Part shown: piece after piece, positions 24,884-39,078 of the stretch | How the letters are laid out: every line of letters begins with the position of its first letter | Position numbering within the stretch: position 1 is the stretch's first letter | Position numbers and translations under genes: made by a program | Assembly: GCA_951406725.2 (NCBI GenBank) | Contig: OX597816.1 | Location: forward strand, 167,834,001-167,898,000 | DNA: 64,000 nucleotides | DNA from: Octopus vulgaris | Taxonomy: Eukaryota | Direction: 5' to 3' | Notes under the pieces: generated by a model | What the model was told of the DNA's origin: nothing | Databases searched by the model: none | Seen by the model: the letters and a program-made list of their open reading frames with translations, nothing else

Positions 24884-26933
24884 GACGAATATTATTTTCA
24901 GAATTTCTTTTGTAAGCACTGACTAACATTGGAATCAGAAACCCTTAAGATATGTTATGTCATGTTTTATCATAAAAAATAAACAACTGATATGGTTCAA
25001 TTTGTTTGTTTGTTGATAAAAATTTTTTTCCCATTTTCTGAATTTGATTCCTGATAAACTTTTTCCTGATAAATTTTTTCCCTATTTTCTAAATTTGATT
25101 CCTGATAAACTTTTGATTATTCTGTTGTTACCTGTACCCTATAAGCTTAGTGTACCTGCACACCTATGCCCATGATAGCATAGGTAATTGATACCAATAG
25201 AAAATATGGATACTATTATCCCTTAGACGGTCACTACAACCACTAACTCTGCTTACCTTTGACATATATATATATATATATATCACCATGATCACCGTGA
25301 CCGACCAGGCTATCAGATGTTGCTACACATCGCTGGTCACAATGTGCTTTGCATTGTTTTAGCCTTCAAATGATGCCACCCCGCTGGCTAAGCGAGCAGG
25401 CCAACAGAAGAAAGAGTGAGAGAAAGTTGTGGCAAAAGAGTACAGCAGGGATCGCCACCATCCCCTGCCAGAGCCTCGTGGAGATTTAGGTGTTTTCGCT
25501 CAATAAATACTCACAACGCCCGGTCTGGGAATTGAAACCGCAATTCTACAACCGCGAGTCTGCTGCCCTAACCACTGGGCCATTGCGCCTCCACATATAT
25601 ATATATATATATATATGTAATTATAATTTAACAATAGGATAAAATCTTTATAAGAATTTATCAAGTAGTTAGCGTGAAAGAGTCCCTCTTAGCATGTGGC
25701 ATTTATGTATAGTAATGCCCTCAACACACACACACACACACACACATACACACACACACACACACAGGTTTATCTCTGGCATCTCTACCTGACAGAACCA
25801 TTTCACTGTTATCCCTCTTTCATTTTTACCCACATTTTTCTCCTTAGTATTTAAACTGACCATATCTGGCCAAAGTATTCTACTTGTTTTATGTTCAAAC
25901 CGTCCAGATCTCACCTCTCATATCTACTCTACAATGTCATTCTAATAATATACAACCACATTTCAGAGATATCTCGAAACTTTGAGATAATACATGATTA
26001 AAATCAAAACATGTTAATAAGTCATTATTATTTGCCAGTGATCTGAATGCTAAAGAGTTAAATTGATAACCCTCTTGAACCACCAAATTATCTGTCTTCT
26101 GCTGCCTTTCACATCTACCCCACATTCTTACAGCCTTCCCAACTAGGTTATTTCCTTCTCTCCCTTTTGCCTGCCTATCCCCTCTCTCTCTTCACTTGCT
26201 CACTATATCAGTACTATTGTTACTATTTTGCTGTCCTTCACTCCCCATTTTCCTGTACTGTCAATTATCTCCTCTCCCCTACCTCTTCCCAACTCCTGAA
26301 TCATTATTTACCCCACAACCCTTCCCAATTTCTATAGTTAGTTACCTCCTTATAATTTGCAGTGGTATTCACCCCAGGGTAGGTTCAGTCCGCTCTGACC
26401 ACCAAGTTCATCACATCCTTCATAAATGCTGATCACATTTAACACTCGGCTGTAGTCGAGGCTATAATGAAATCCCACTCCTGGTTCCACTGCTAAAGAC
26501 CATAAATGCAGGTGGGAGGAAGCCTGATTGTGCTTCTACACCTACCTATATTGTCACAAGGCAGTCCACCTGTCTCCCCTCCCTGGCTGGTGCAAATGAC
26601 CTGGAGGGCAACTGAAAATGTGGCTGGCAGGTGCTTCCTACAGTTGTTACCTGTCCTCACCTCATTCTTACCTCCCCCTACATATCATCCCTCAACACTT
26701 GTTCATAATATTCACCCTCTTGCCCATCCACTATCTCTAACCATCTCTTATTTTCTCATACCCTTTTGCAACCTCTACCCACCCATACTTCCTCTTTTCT
26801 TCTCCTCACTCACTTCTATTCGTAACATGAAAATAGTTCGAAAACAATTCTTCGAAAAACAGTTATTCATTTGTGTACTTGATTTTTAATTTCATTTAAT
26901 TTATTTTTGTTTAAATAAAAGAAAAAAATTTAA

Positions 26934-29219
26934 GGATCTAGTCTTTCTCATTCACAAAATGAGCCCCACTTAATTTTGCTCGGATTGCTTTCAGTTTTGG
27001 TGTATTGATGCGACTCTGAATTTTGATTATGATCGATCAATTACTTTATCTCGTAAATTAAAGAATCTGATGTTATTTGGAATTAAAGTTGAGAAATTTG
27101 GGTAATTTTAGCCAATCAACAGACAGTGTGGCATCAGCAGCTTGTTACCATGACAACCACACACTGTGTTGTGGTTCACTGTTGTCTTATGTTGATTTTT
27201 CACACTTAATTCTTCATACCACGAGATTTTTTTCACCCCTCGTGTTTTGTTTTAATTTTTCTGTGTTTCTCTTTGTTAGTATTTCCCTGTGCTTTTTTTT
27301 CTGTGTTAGTATTTTTACGTATTTTCTATTTCATATATTTTGGGGACTCGTTGACTCAGATAGCTGGATTTATGATTTCACTAGGTTAATACTATTCATA
27401 AAAATTTTAATTAGGAGTATTTCTTAAACAGTTAGCTTCACATTTCAACAGCTTGACTGAAATTTAGCCCTCGTAACAGGAACTGAGAGAGATATCGTGG
27501 AACAGAGAAACTGTGGGTGATACAGATAATTTGACATTATTTTTGAACTCTGCATGCAAAAACATACGAGATACAGGTATTCTTTTCCTTGGGACAAATT
27601 CTTTGTTGACCAGTGATATTCTTATCGTAGTTTACAAATCCAAGCTTGAAAACGTTACTCAGCTTTGGAGTTTTGGAGACAGACACCCCTTTCATATACA
27701 CACACGCACATGAATACATAAATGTACATATAAACTTATATATGAATACATACATCCACATGCACTTATGTATTAATGATGTACACAAATACATGACAGG
27801 TATGCATAATACTGAAGTACGCATAAAGTAAACACATGCAGACAAATATATTAATATAGCAAATTAAAAAAGTAATTAAACCATACAATCAATGAAGAGA
27901 CAAAAGAAACAGTAAGATAATACATGTTGATTTTAGCAACCTACAATGAACAGGTCAAAAGCTAAACTATAAATTTCACAGGGTACAACCTTAAAGTTGG
28001 CATTGCTCTGCTAAACACAGAAAATTTCTGTCTCACTATTGGGTAAAAATATACAGTTTTTTCGATTTTTAAACCTCTGTAACTTTTTTCCTACAATTTT
28101 CTGATCTATTTCATCTCAATTGCAGATTTTTTAATCAATTTTTTTTAACTAAACAGTTTGAAACTTCGAATACTGGTACAATTTCTCGTGTAGAATACAG
28201 TTTACTCTGAACGTTTTTGACAAAATTTTGTATTTTAGAAGTTATTTCATGTTAAAGTTGTCGTATTTAGGTAATTTCAACCAATCAACAATGTATAATT
28301 GGTTGAAGAAAGCTACTGCTGTTTTCGATAGTAATCAAAGAAGAACAACTTCCAGGTCATCTCTACTAAATGTAACCACTCTGTTCTATTCATATGGCAA
28401 GCAAACCACCTTTATCCTTTCCTCCTTTCTAGTCAGCTCTGTGCATTCCTTACTCTTTCCCTCCCTTCTACACTATCAACTAGCAATCAGCAAGCAAACT
28501 TATCACTGCCACTACAATTACTGTATTTTCTGGTGTATAAGCCACTATTTGTTTTGTTTTACCTTCATGTTTTGATAATGTTATTTTTTATCTAATAAAG
28601 ACTTTTATATTGACGAAATGTGTCTGTTATTGATTATAGTAAGATAAAATCATGACAATACATATCGTAGTTGTAAAATAAGGCATTTTGAAACTACATA
28701 CACATCAACAACAAAAAAGCCAGCTGCAATTCTTCGAACAGAGTGGTGACATTGAGTAGAAATGACCCAGAAGTTGTTCCTCTTTGATTACTACCACTAA
28801 CAGCAATAGCTTTCTTCAACTGAATACATATCGTTGATTGGTTGAAATTACCCAAATACAACAACTTTAACACAAAATAATTTATAAAAAAAAACAATTT
28901 TTTTCAAAAATATTCAGAGTAAACTGTGTTCTATGTGAGAAATTTTACCAGTATTCAAAGTTTTAAACTGTTTTCATTTTCATTTCATTTTCATCTAGTT
29001 TCAGCTCACGAGCTGTGGCCATGATGGGGCACTGCCGTTCAAAAAATTTAGTTAAAAAAATTTAATTAAAAAATCTGTGATGGAGATGGAATAGATCCCA
29101 GTTTTTTTTCTCCACAAATTCATACCTTCAAAGCAATGAGACTGAAAGCTGATTTTTCAGATTTTTTACTGGTTTTTAAAAAAATGCATATTTTGCAAAT
29201 GAAAAAAAAAACTAGATCC
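26934..29219. mobile_element. Non-autonomous DNA transposon with GGATCTAG..CATT..CAAAAT TIRs, containing a nested ~1 kb long-TIR element (28103-29098)
   Basis: Outer termini GGATCTAGTCTTTCTCATTCACAAAAT / ATTTTGCAAATGAAAAAAAAAACTAGATCC; inner ~280 bp inverted arms 28103-28386 / 28736-29098. Confidence 0.6.
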
Positions 29220-29833
29220 AAATTTAGAATGATTAATATTTCGTATAATTGTCGTTTTGAATAATTTTCATTCAAACAATTTTCTGTTTGAATAAATGTT
29301 TATCGAATAATTGTTTTCGAGCGATTATTTTTGAACAATGTTCACATAATCTTTCTATTCACCTCATATCTTGAAATTCCATCCTGATACTGTCATTTCT
29401 ATCTCTTTCCAGTTCCACCCTGTTCTCTCTTACGTAATGTGTGCATGCGTATGTGTGTAGCTAGTAACTCTCTTATGGCAAGAAACCAGTTCTGTTTCTG
29501 GTTCCTTCTCTCTCACTTTAACCCCTCATCCCATAGCATAAAGCTGCTGCCTTCTCTACTATAGCCCTACTCGGTCAAAGAGGATCTTAGTATTGTAGGC
29601 TGCATGGTGACCTTACAAGTGCCAATGCTTTGAAAAAATAACTGTCCAGCCTGTGGAGCATGGTCTTGAAATGAGGCTGATAACCACACACACACACTCT
29701 CTCTCTCTTTGACTGAATTTGTAGATAAAAACATTTAAAGCCAGCAGCAGGTCAAAAGGAAGGTAGATGTTTTATCTGTCTACAAAATAGTATAAAGGAA
29801 AGTATGTCTGTCTGATTGTATCTGTTTGTGAAC

Positions 29834-29866
<33 letters not shown>

Positions 29867-30376
29867 TGTGTGTGTGTGTATGTGTGTGTGAAAGATGACA
29901 CCCAAAAAGATAAAGCTTTAAACCTGACCTGTTTTCAGATTTCCTTTTAAAGTGAGTAAAACAGAAGTAAATATGAACACAAAAAATGTATATAAACAAC
30001 ACAAAATTGTGAAGCAAAATAAGATACAAAAACACTTATAAAATAAATTATAATTAGAATATCAAACAAAAATGAATGAAAAGCCAAAGATAAGGGGAAA
30101 TATTTAAAAAAACAAGACTTAAAAGGAAAGACAAGAAATTGAAGATTATGAATCTGTGTGTGGAATAAATTGCTCTGTTATTAGTTCTCTAGTGTCTACC
30201 TATAATTTGGTGTTAGAAAGAAATTGAACCTGTTTACTTACGTTTTGGTAAAGACTGGTACTTATTCTATTGGTCTCTTTTTCCTGAACCTTTAGCCTAC
30301 GAGAACATAAACACACCAACACCGGTTGTGAAGCACTGGTGGGGGAAACAACACAGACACAAGGATACATGCACAG

Positions 30377-30408
<32 letters not shown>

Positions 30409-31585
30409 ATGTGAAAAGCATGCAGTCCACTCTGTAAAACAGTTGGCATTAGGAAGGGCATCCAGCTGTAAAAACCATGCTAAACTGACCTTGCCTGTTC
30501 TGGTGTCATGTAAAAAGCATTCTCTATCATTTTCCCATAATGCATGGAATTTCTTATTTGTTTCTAGGTGCATGCATGGTTGTGCAATGAGAAGTTTACT
30601 TCTTATCCACATGGTTCTGGGTTCACTCCTGTTGTATAACATCTTGGACAAAAGTCTTCTATTGTCTCATACCAACCAAAGCCTTGTGAATGGGTTTGTT
30701 TGTTGGATACTGAAAGAAGCCTTTGTGTGTGTGTGTCTCCTTGTTTAGGTGTTGTGTGATGGTTGTAAAATTCTTGTCACTGTCATACAATCAGTGTCTT
30801 GCAATTCCAAAATTCTGTGATAACATGTCTAAGTATGGGAAATATTTTCTTACTTGGAAATCGTTGAGGGTTGGCAACAGGAAGGGCAGCTGGCCACAGA
30901 AAATCTGCTTCATTAAATCCTGTCTGATCCATGTAAGCATATGTAATCGACCCATCTCCTTCTCCAAAATTACTGCCCATGTGACAAAATTTGAAACTAT
31001 TATTATTTTTATTATAATAATAATAATAAGGCGAGCTGGCAGAATTGTTAGCACGCTGGGCAAAATGCTTAGCGGTATTTTGTCTGTCGCTATGTTCTGA
31101 GTTCAAATTCCACCAAGATTGACTTTGCCTTTCATCTTTTCAGGGTTGATAAAATAAGTACCAGTTATGCCCTGGGGTTGATGTAATTGACTTAATCCCT
31201 TTGAGACATTATGCTTCCAGCAGAAAGAATTATCATTATGATGTTGTGTGATGGTTGTAAAATTCTTGTTACTATATTACAATTGGAACCAACACAACTA
31301 AAAAAAAATAAACTCAATATTTTTTTTTTTTTAGTTTACTTAATAATTATAGATTAGTTTCTCTATAGTTCTAATATGACTTGTAACATCTGCTGAGAAA
31401 GGTCAAAAAAAAAAAAAAGAGAAAAATATCCTACAAAATTTTGTATATGTAAAATCATGATGAATGTATTTTTGTATGATGTGAAATATATGCATGTTCA
31501 TGATTATGAAAATTTTGCTGAAACCATGTATCAAGTGTTTGGTGCACATTCTGTTTTACTTACGGTGCATATTTACACAGGCTGG

Positions 31586-31985
31586 TCACGTCTTCAGAAT
31601 GTCTGCTAAGTTTGTGTCAAAACTTCTTTTGGGTGACCAAAAAATACATTTGAGTTTCAGTTGAACAGAATCTCCTTGATTGTGTCGAGAATGATGAAAA
31701 CTCTTTGAAAACTTTGCATAGGCCTCTGAGCAGGTATCGCCAAGCTTTTGGCAACATTTAATGCAGATTCTCTGCTCAACTTTCTCTGTCATGGTCAGTG
31801 CGACGATCACATGCTACACACCTTCCTTCCAAGGACTGCTGTAAACAGTGGAAGTGAACTAGAATGTTAAAACTTAGTGTGCATGCACAGCAGAGTTCAA
31901 GGTCAATCTGTGCCAAGTAGCTTCACTCTGCATGCTTTAGCATCATTACTATGGCAACAGCCTGGATACTTATTGATCAGACCTC
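31586..31985 (-). mobile_element. Internally deleted mariner remnant
   Basis: EQRICIKCCQKLGDTCSEAYAK resembles the mariner transposase N-terminus (EQRxxIKFC.KLGK..SE). Confidence 0.55.
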
Positions 31986-32039
<54 letters not shown>

Positions 32040-32994
32040 TTTAACGTCTGTTCTCCATGCTAGCATAGGTTGGATGATTCGACCAGGATCTGGGAAGCCA
32101 GAAGGCTGCACCAGGCTCCAGTCTGATCTGGCAGTGTTTCTACAGCTGGATGCCCTTCCCAATGCCAACCACTCCATGAGTGTAGTGGGTGCTTTTTACG
32201 TGCCAGGCGAGGCTGGCAACAGCCACGATTGGATTGGTGCTTTTTACGTGTCACCGCCACGGAAGCCAGTCAAGGTGGCGCTGGCATTGGCCATGTTCGG
32301 ATGGTGCCTTTTACGAGCTACTGGCACAGGGATCACAACTACAATTTCCATTGATTTTTGATGTTGGTGTACTTGACTCAATAGGTCTCCTCAAGCACAG
32401 GGTCGAAACAGTGTTTCTTTATATAAATTGATGTTTTCTGTGAAATATATTAAAGTTTAAATTATGGTTGGCTAATTTAATTGAAGTTTCCACTTTCAGT
32501 GGGGCAGTGAGTTATAAAATGTTATTAAAAATTGTTTTGTTAAATTTAACAAAACAAGCATTTGATACATTGTAAAACAAAGTATTGATTTCTGGCCACT
32601 GTCGACATTTTGATTGTCTCAGTATTGTTTTGCATTTTTTTTTTTGTTGGTTGGGATGGTGGGGTTTCATTATTAGAAATAGTGTTGCTGGTATCAATGA
32701 CTATTTTGTTTCATTACTTTAACTCCAGCAGTGGTGAGCTGGCAGAAATGTTAGCACGCTGGACAGAGTGCTTAGCAGTATTTGACCTTTCATTACATTC
32801 TGAGTTCAAATTCTTCTGCTGAAGTTGACTTTGCCTTTTGTCCTTTCGGGGGTCAATAAATTAAGTACCAGTTTTGTAATGGGGTTGATCAAATACACTG
32901 GCCTCCTCCCTTAAAATTTCAAGCCTTTTGCCTATAGTAGAAAGGATTATTTTAACTCTATCTTTATCTTATTTTTTTCATTTACAATATTATT

Positions 32995-33800
32995 GCTGTG
33001 ATGTCACTGAGGAACTGGTTCCCAGCCAAGTGTTTTTGGATGTTGGGGGACAGGTGTGGCTAAATCAGGAGAATAGGGAAGCTAATCAACCAGTTCAAAG
33101 CCACAGTCATGCACAGCGGTCATTGAAACTGTAACTTGTGTGCTGGAGCATTGTGTTGATGAAACTAGGCACCTTTCATCAGTTTTCCTGGGCATTTGGT
33201 CTTGATAGTCTTTTGTAACTTCCTCAGTACATTCCATTGATGGTGTGACCCTTTTCAAGATAGTCAATAAACACAATGCCTTTTGCATTCCAAAATACTG
33301 AGGCCATCACCTTAGCCTTCTTTGGAGCAGGTGAGGATTAGTGTTTCCACTGCATGCATTGTCTTTTTGTCTCTGGTGCAACCTGATGAAGCCAACACTG
33401 ATCCTGGTTTAGGAAACCAGCTGGAAATCCCTCAAGCAATGTCAGATTTTCCCATGATGTAATCGGCATGGTGCACTTTTGATCAGGTGTCAGAAGATAT
33501 GGCAACCACCAAGCAAATACCTTCGTCATGTCAAGTTCATTGTGCAGAATATTCTGAACTCTCTCACAAGATATGCTAATAGCATTAGCTATTTCATTTA
33601 TAGTCATCTGCCCATCAGTGTTTTCCTCGCTGGTGGCAATTACAAGATGACCAGACCTTGGGTCAGCCTCAAGACTCTTCCTTTCCCTCCTAAATTCAGT
33701 TGCTCACTTTTGCTCTGTCAATAAAGCTGGAGCGTCATCCCCTTTGTAGCAGCCATGTCAGCATGTGAAATTTGATTTAGTATTTCTAAATTTTTCCCTG
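32995..33800 (-). pseudogene. Decayed mariner (Tc1/mariner) transposase
   Basis: MTINEIANAISIS.ERVQNILHNELDMTKVFAWWLPYLLTPDQK (WVP..LT motif) and ETKRQCMQWKH, with stops and frameshifts. Confidence 0.8.
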
Positions 33801-34299
33801 TAAGTTTGTAATAATATTCCCTCATATTATTATTATTATTATTATCAGGCGGCGAGCTGGAAGAAACGTTAGCACGCTGGGCGAAATGCTTAGTGGTATG
33901 TCGTCTGCCGTTACATTCTGAGTTCAAATTCCGCCGAGGTCGACTTTGCCTTTCATCCTTTCGGGGTCGATAAATTAAGTACCAGTTTCGCACTGGGGTC
34001 AAGCATGGCTGGAACACCTTTGATCATAGTTTTTCTCAACTGAGTTTGACCTTGGGCTAAACAACAATCGCTAACCTTATTCAGTTGAACCTTTTATCTT
34101 GTATCTTTTATTTATTTCAATCATTGGACAATGGCCATACTGGAGTATAATCATGAAGGATCTTAGTGGAATATATTGACCCTCGTACTTATGCATGTTT
34201 TTTCTTTTCAAGTCTAGTACTTATTCTATCGGTATCTTTTGCCAAACTGCTAAGTTATACAGGCATACACAAACCAAACACTGGCACGACAAACAGAAT

Positions 34300-34333
<34 letters not shown>

Positions 34334-35471
34334 GGGGATTCCGCACAATGTTTATCTACCAAATTCATTCACAAAGCATTGGTCAGCCTGGAGCTACAGT
34401 AGAAGACATTCGGCCAAAGTGCTACACAGTGGGACTGAACTTGAAACCATGTGGTAGCAAAGCAGGCTTCTTAACCACACAGCCATACTTGTATCAATGT
34501 AATTTTGCAATCTGGTAGTGTGTGGGGGGTGGGGTGGAAAACAAATCGCACAGTTATAAAGGCGAAAGAGGATAAGGAAAGAGAATAATATGTAAGAACA
34601 AACTAAAGCATTCGCCTTACTGATTTCAGTGTGGGAGATTGAGGTGATAAAGAGAATTGATAGGGGTGACAGCTGGTGAGAGGAAAAAAAAAAGTGTGGG
34701 AGGCAACAGATTACATGGCTAGGCACCAAACATATATGTACACAAATACACATCTATATACTTTTGTTAACAGTACACATCCACATCCAATGGGCAGTGT
34801 ACACACACACACACACACAATTATAAACATCTGTCAACAGATTACAATCCACATACACAAAAACAGAGCTAATATAGCTATCAATAGACTACATCCTAGA
34901 CACAAGCATGAAATCAAATATATATGTGTGTGTTTGCTTGTGTGTCAACAAATACCAACATCACACACACACACAATTACACATATACACACCGACAAAC
35001 ATCTGTCAATCAATTACACACAACACTTACTAAAATACATTTACACACAAAACTATAAGCATATAGGCACAGGCATGGCTGTGTGGTAAGTAGCTTGCTT
35101 ACCAGCCATATGGTTCCAGGTTCAGTCCTACTGCATGGCACCTTGGGCAAGTGTCTTCTACTATAGCCTCGGGCCAATCAAAGCCTTGTGAGTGGATTTG
35201 GTAGACAGAAACCAAAAGAAGCCTGTTGTGTATGTGTGTGTGTGTGTGTGTGTGTGTATATAATATTAATAATAATAATAATAATAATATATTTCTTTAT
35301 TGCCCACAAGGAGCTAAACATAGAGGGGACAAACAAGGACAGACAAAGGGATTAAATATATATGTTTAAAATAATAAGGGTGACCCCAAGTGTAATTGGT
35401 AGAACTGTATACATGTTCAATCTCATGCGGATGTTTCGTGTATAGTTCTGCAAATTATATTTGCAAAGATG

Positions 35472-35543
35472 ATCACACTGATGAGTTGCGGACAATTACG
35501 TAAATGATTACGTAAGTGATAACAACAAAACTGGGTTTGTGAT
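35472..35543 (+). ncRNA. Type I hammerhead remnant with long stem II loop
   Basis: AUCACA-CUGAUGA-GUUG...CAAC-AAAA(G>A)-C-UGG-GUU-UGUGAU. Confidence 0.6.
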
Positions 35544-36147
35544 TAATCTATATTTTGTATCTATTCATTTGTCTTGCTCGTTTACGTTCTGGCGTTTGCT
35601 AAATTTTCTTGAGAACATTCCTTTCTTAGTTGTAAGATCATAGCGGATCTTCTTCTAGCATAATGGTTGTCCACTTATATGTATGCATGCATGTATGTGT
35701 ATATATATATATATATATATTTGACAGGGGAGTATGTCCAACCCATACCAGCATGGAAAACAGATGTTAAATGATGATGATGAATGATATAGTTGGGGAA
35801 TCCAGTCCAGAATATCTGTTTTTTAATCATTGTATAATGCTGAAGTCTTTGGTAATGCCCCAATAGACAAATGATGGTCAAATGAATAAAGGTATTGAAC
35901 TATTGGACTACTAGCTCATAGTTGTAAGTTCAAATCTATTTGTTGTTTCAAAGTAGAGCATTTTATTCAGCATTATGTCAGTTTACATCAGGAGTTAATT
36001 TGGTACCAGATCATCTACTATAATAGTACCCATGTTTTTCTCTGTCACAGCACAGGAATGAGAAAGGAAGGGGTGATGGCAAACCAGTAGTGGGAGCATT
36101 TCAACTCCGCATGAGTATATGTGTATGTAAAAAGGGAGGTATGTGAA

Positions 36148-36182
<35 letters not shown>

Positions 36183-36697
36183 ATGCATGCAATGGAAGTG
36201 ATATGGTGAACATTCAATGCTGAAAAGAAAAATCAAACAGCATTTCAACTCTGTGAGTATAAATGTGTATGTGTGTACAAAGGAAGTATGTGAATGTTTG
36301 TGTGAACCAGCGTTCTTTCAGCAACAAACGACAACCACTAGATAACACTGACAAGTCTATTTGATTTACATATTTATATATGAAATACTACAATTAGCTG
36401 TCATTTTTGACGGCATGGGGCCAGTTAGGTCAAGGAATATTACCCAAGACTGCTTCTTTAGTATTTAAACCAGCCATATCCAGACCAAATGTTTTATCTG
36501 TTTTATGTTCAAACCATCCAGATCTGGCCTTTCATGCCTACCTTACGGGCCATATGGCGTAGTGGTTAAGAGCGCGGGCAACTAACCCTAAGATTCCGAG
36601 CTTGATTCCAGGCAGTGACCTTAATAATAATAATAATAATATCTTGGGGTTAGTAGCCTGCGCTCTTAACCACTAAGCCATATGCCCGTGGACCAAC

Positions 36698-36770
36698 GGT
36701 CATATGGCTTAGTGGTTAAGAGCGCGGGCTACTAACCCTAAGATCCCGAGTTCGATTCCAGACATTGACC
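36698..36770 (+). pseudogene. tRNA-like sequence (SINE head), not a functional tRNA
   Basis: GGTCA/TGACC acceptor ends, A box TGGCTTAGTGG, anticodon-like arm GGG-CTACTAA-CCC, B box GAGTTCGATTCC; stems are imperfect. Confidence 0.7.
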
Positions 36771-36863
36771 TAAATAATAATGATGATAACAACAACAAGA
36801 ACAACAACATCGAAAAATACCTTAGGAATGAGGAATGAGAACCCAGGTTCGAAATTTCCCCAA

Positions 36864-36909
36864 GACACCTGATGAAGGCTGGAGGGTATATCAGCCGAAA
36901 CGTTGTGTT
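36864..36909 (+). ncRNA. Minimal type I hammerhead ribozyme
   Basis: GACAC-CUGAUGA-A-GGCUG(GAGGGUAUAU)CAGCC-GAAAC-GUU-GUGUU; stem III is reduced to a palindrome. Confidence 0.8.
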
Positions 36910-37643
36910 AACAACAAACAAGATGAGGACAAATATCCTTCAAATTTAAATAATGTAAATAATGTAAATAGTGTAAATAATGTACATAGTTCTTCATCTC
37001 TTAAATACAGATTGTACCTTACAATGTAATTCAAAAAATAAACAATCACATCACTGAAATCTTGAAGCTACAACATAATGTGTGGGTAATTGAAAACAAT
37101 GTGGTAAAATAAGCACTGCATTTGATGTTGCCTGGGGAAATTTATCTCTCATCTGCTTCATGGTGTAAATCTTGATGCCCATGTAGGAGACTCTTTACTC
37201 TTACTCTTTTACTTGTTTCAGTCATATGACTGTGGCCATGCTGGAGCACTGCCTCTAGTCGAGCAAATCGACCCCAGGACTTATTCTTTGTAAGCCTTGT
37301 ACTTATTCTATCATTCTCTTTTGCCAAACTGCTCAGTTACACACCAGCATCGGTTGTCAAGTGTTGTTGGGGGGACAAACACAGACACACAAGCATATAC
37401 ACACACGGACCTTGAAGACTGCTATAATGTAAGAAAGTATACTAGTCCCTTAATATTTTATATTCAGTATTTCATCTATTCAATAAGACAATCAATACTT
37501 CATTTCATTTTACTATATATATATTATTTATACTATATATTCTATATTAATATTATAAAGAATATAAATAAAACATAAAAAACAGACAGAGCTGGAATTT
37601 CTTTGAATAATATATATCCCTCTATACACAATCATACAAACCC

Positions 37644-37680
<37 letters not shown>

Positions 37681-38614
37681 CACACACATATATACAATGG
37701 GCTTCTTTCAGTTTCCGTCTACCAAATCCACTCACAAGGCTTTGGTTGGCCCGAGGCTATAGTAGAAGACACTTGCCCAAGGTGCCACACAGTGGGACTG
37801 AACCTGGAACCATGTGATTGGTAAGCAAGCTACTTACCTCACAGCCACTCCTACACCTATGTAAACGACTGTTTACATTTTTATTTTACATTTCTGTGAC
37901 ATAACATCATAACTCCATCATACAACTGAAATTTTTTCCTTAATGTCAACAATCTCTTTTATCTTCATATTTTTCATTCATATGAGGAAACCCATTTTTT
38001 AATATGGAATGTGATGACATTGTAAATAGCAGGAATGCGTATAAGAGTTATTCTGACTTTAGACTGATGTCAGCTAATATATAGGTTTACAAAACTTTGT
38101 CTAGACACAAAGCCCGATTTGTCAAAGTGTGTAAGATGAAACCGATAAGCCCCTTTTTTTAGCATTCAGATTACTGTGTCAAATACGATGGTTATTTATT
38201 TACATTCTAAGGAATTTATCCTGCGTCAACTTGTAGCTTAAAGATTTTGATGAATATGATTATTTCTTTCTAGGGCGACAGTGCAAGGTATGCGTGAGAA
38301 GCTGGATCTGACCAGTTTGAACATAAAACGGGCAGAATATTTTGGCCAGATATGGTCAGCTTAAATGCTGAAGGGTTAAACAGGAGTATTGTTATAACAG
38401 CTTGATGTGCTTTCTGTTTCTGACCCCTTATTTGTCTCTCATGTAAGGGGTCTCTTATTTCATATGGCTTCAAAGGTGCAAAATTGAGTGGATGATCTGT
38501 TGATAAATGTGATATCATCATCATTATCATCATCATCGCTCACAACTCTTGTACAAGTGGGCACAAGTATAAACAAACACAGATATGCACATGTGCATGC
38601 ATGCATATGTCTAT

Positions 38615-38868
<254 letters not shown>

Positions 38869-39025
38869 GTGCCGGTGGCACGTAAAAAGCACCCACTACA
38901 CTCACGGAGTGGTTGGCGTTAGGAAGGGCATCCAGCTGTAGAAACACTGCCAGATCAGACTGGAGCCTGGTGCAGCCTCCTGGCTTCCCAGACCCCGCAA
39001 AATGGACGTAAAATGATGATGATGA

Positions 39026-39078
<53 letters not shown>

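Larger units (their letters stand above)
36547..37012 (+). mobile_element. tRNA-headed retroposon with internal hammerhead; duplicated and inverted heads; 8-bp TSD
   Basis: tRNA-like heads at 36547-36620 (+), 36641-36687 (-) and 36698-36770 (+); HHR at 36864-36909; TACCTTAC at 36539-36546 and 37015-37022. Confidence 0.8.
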
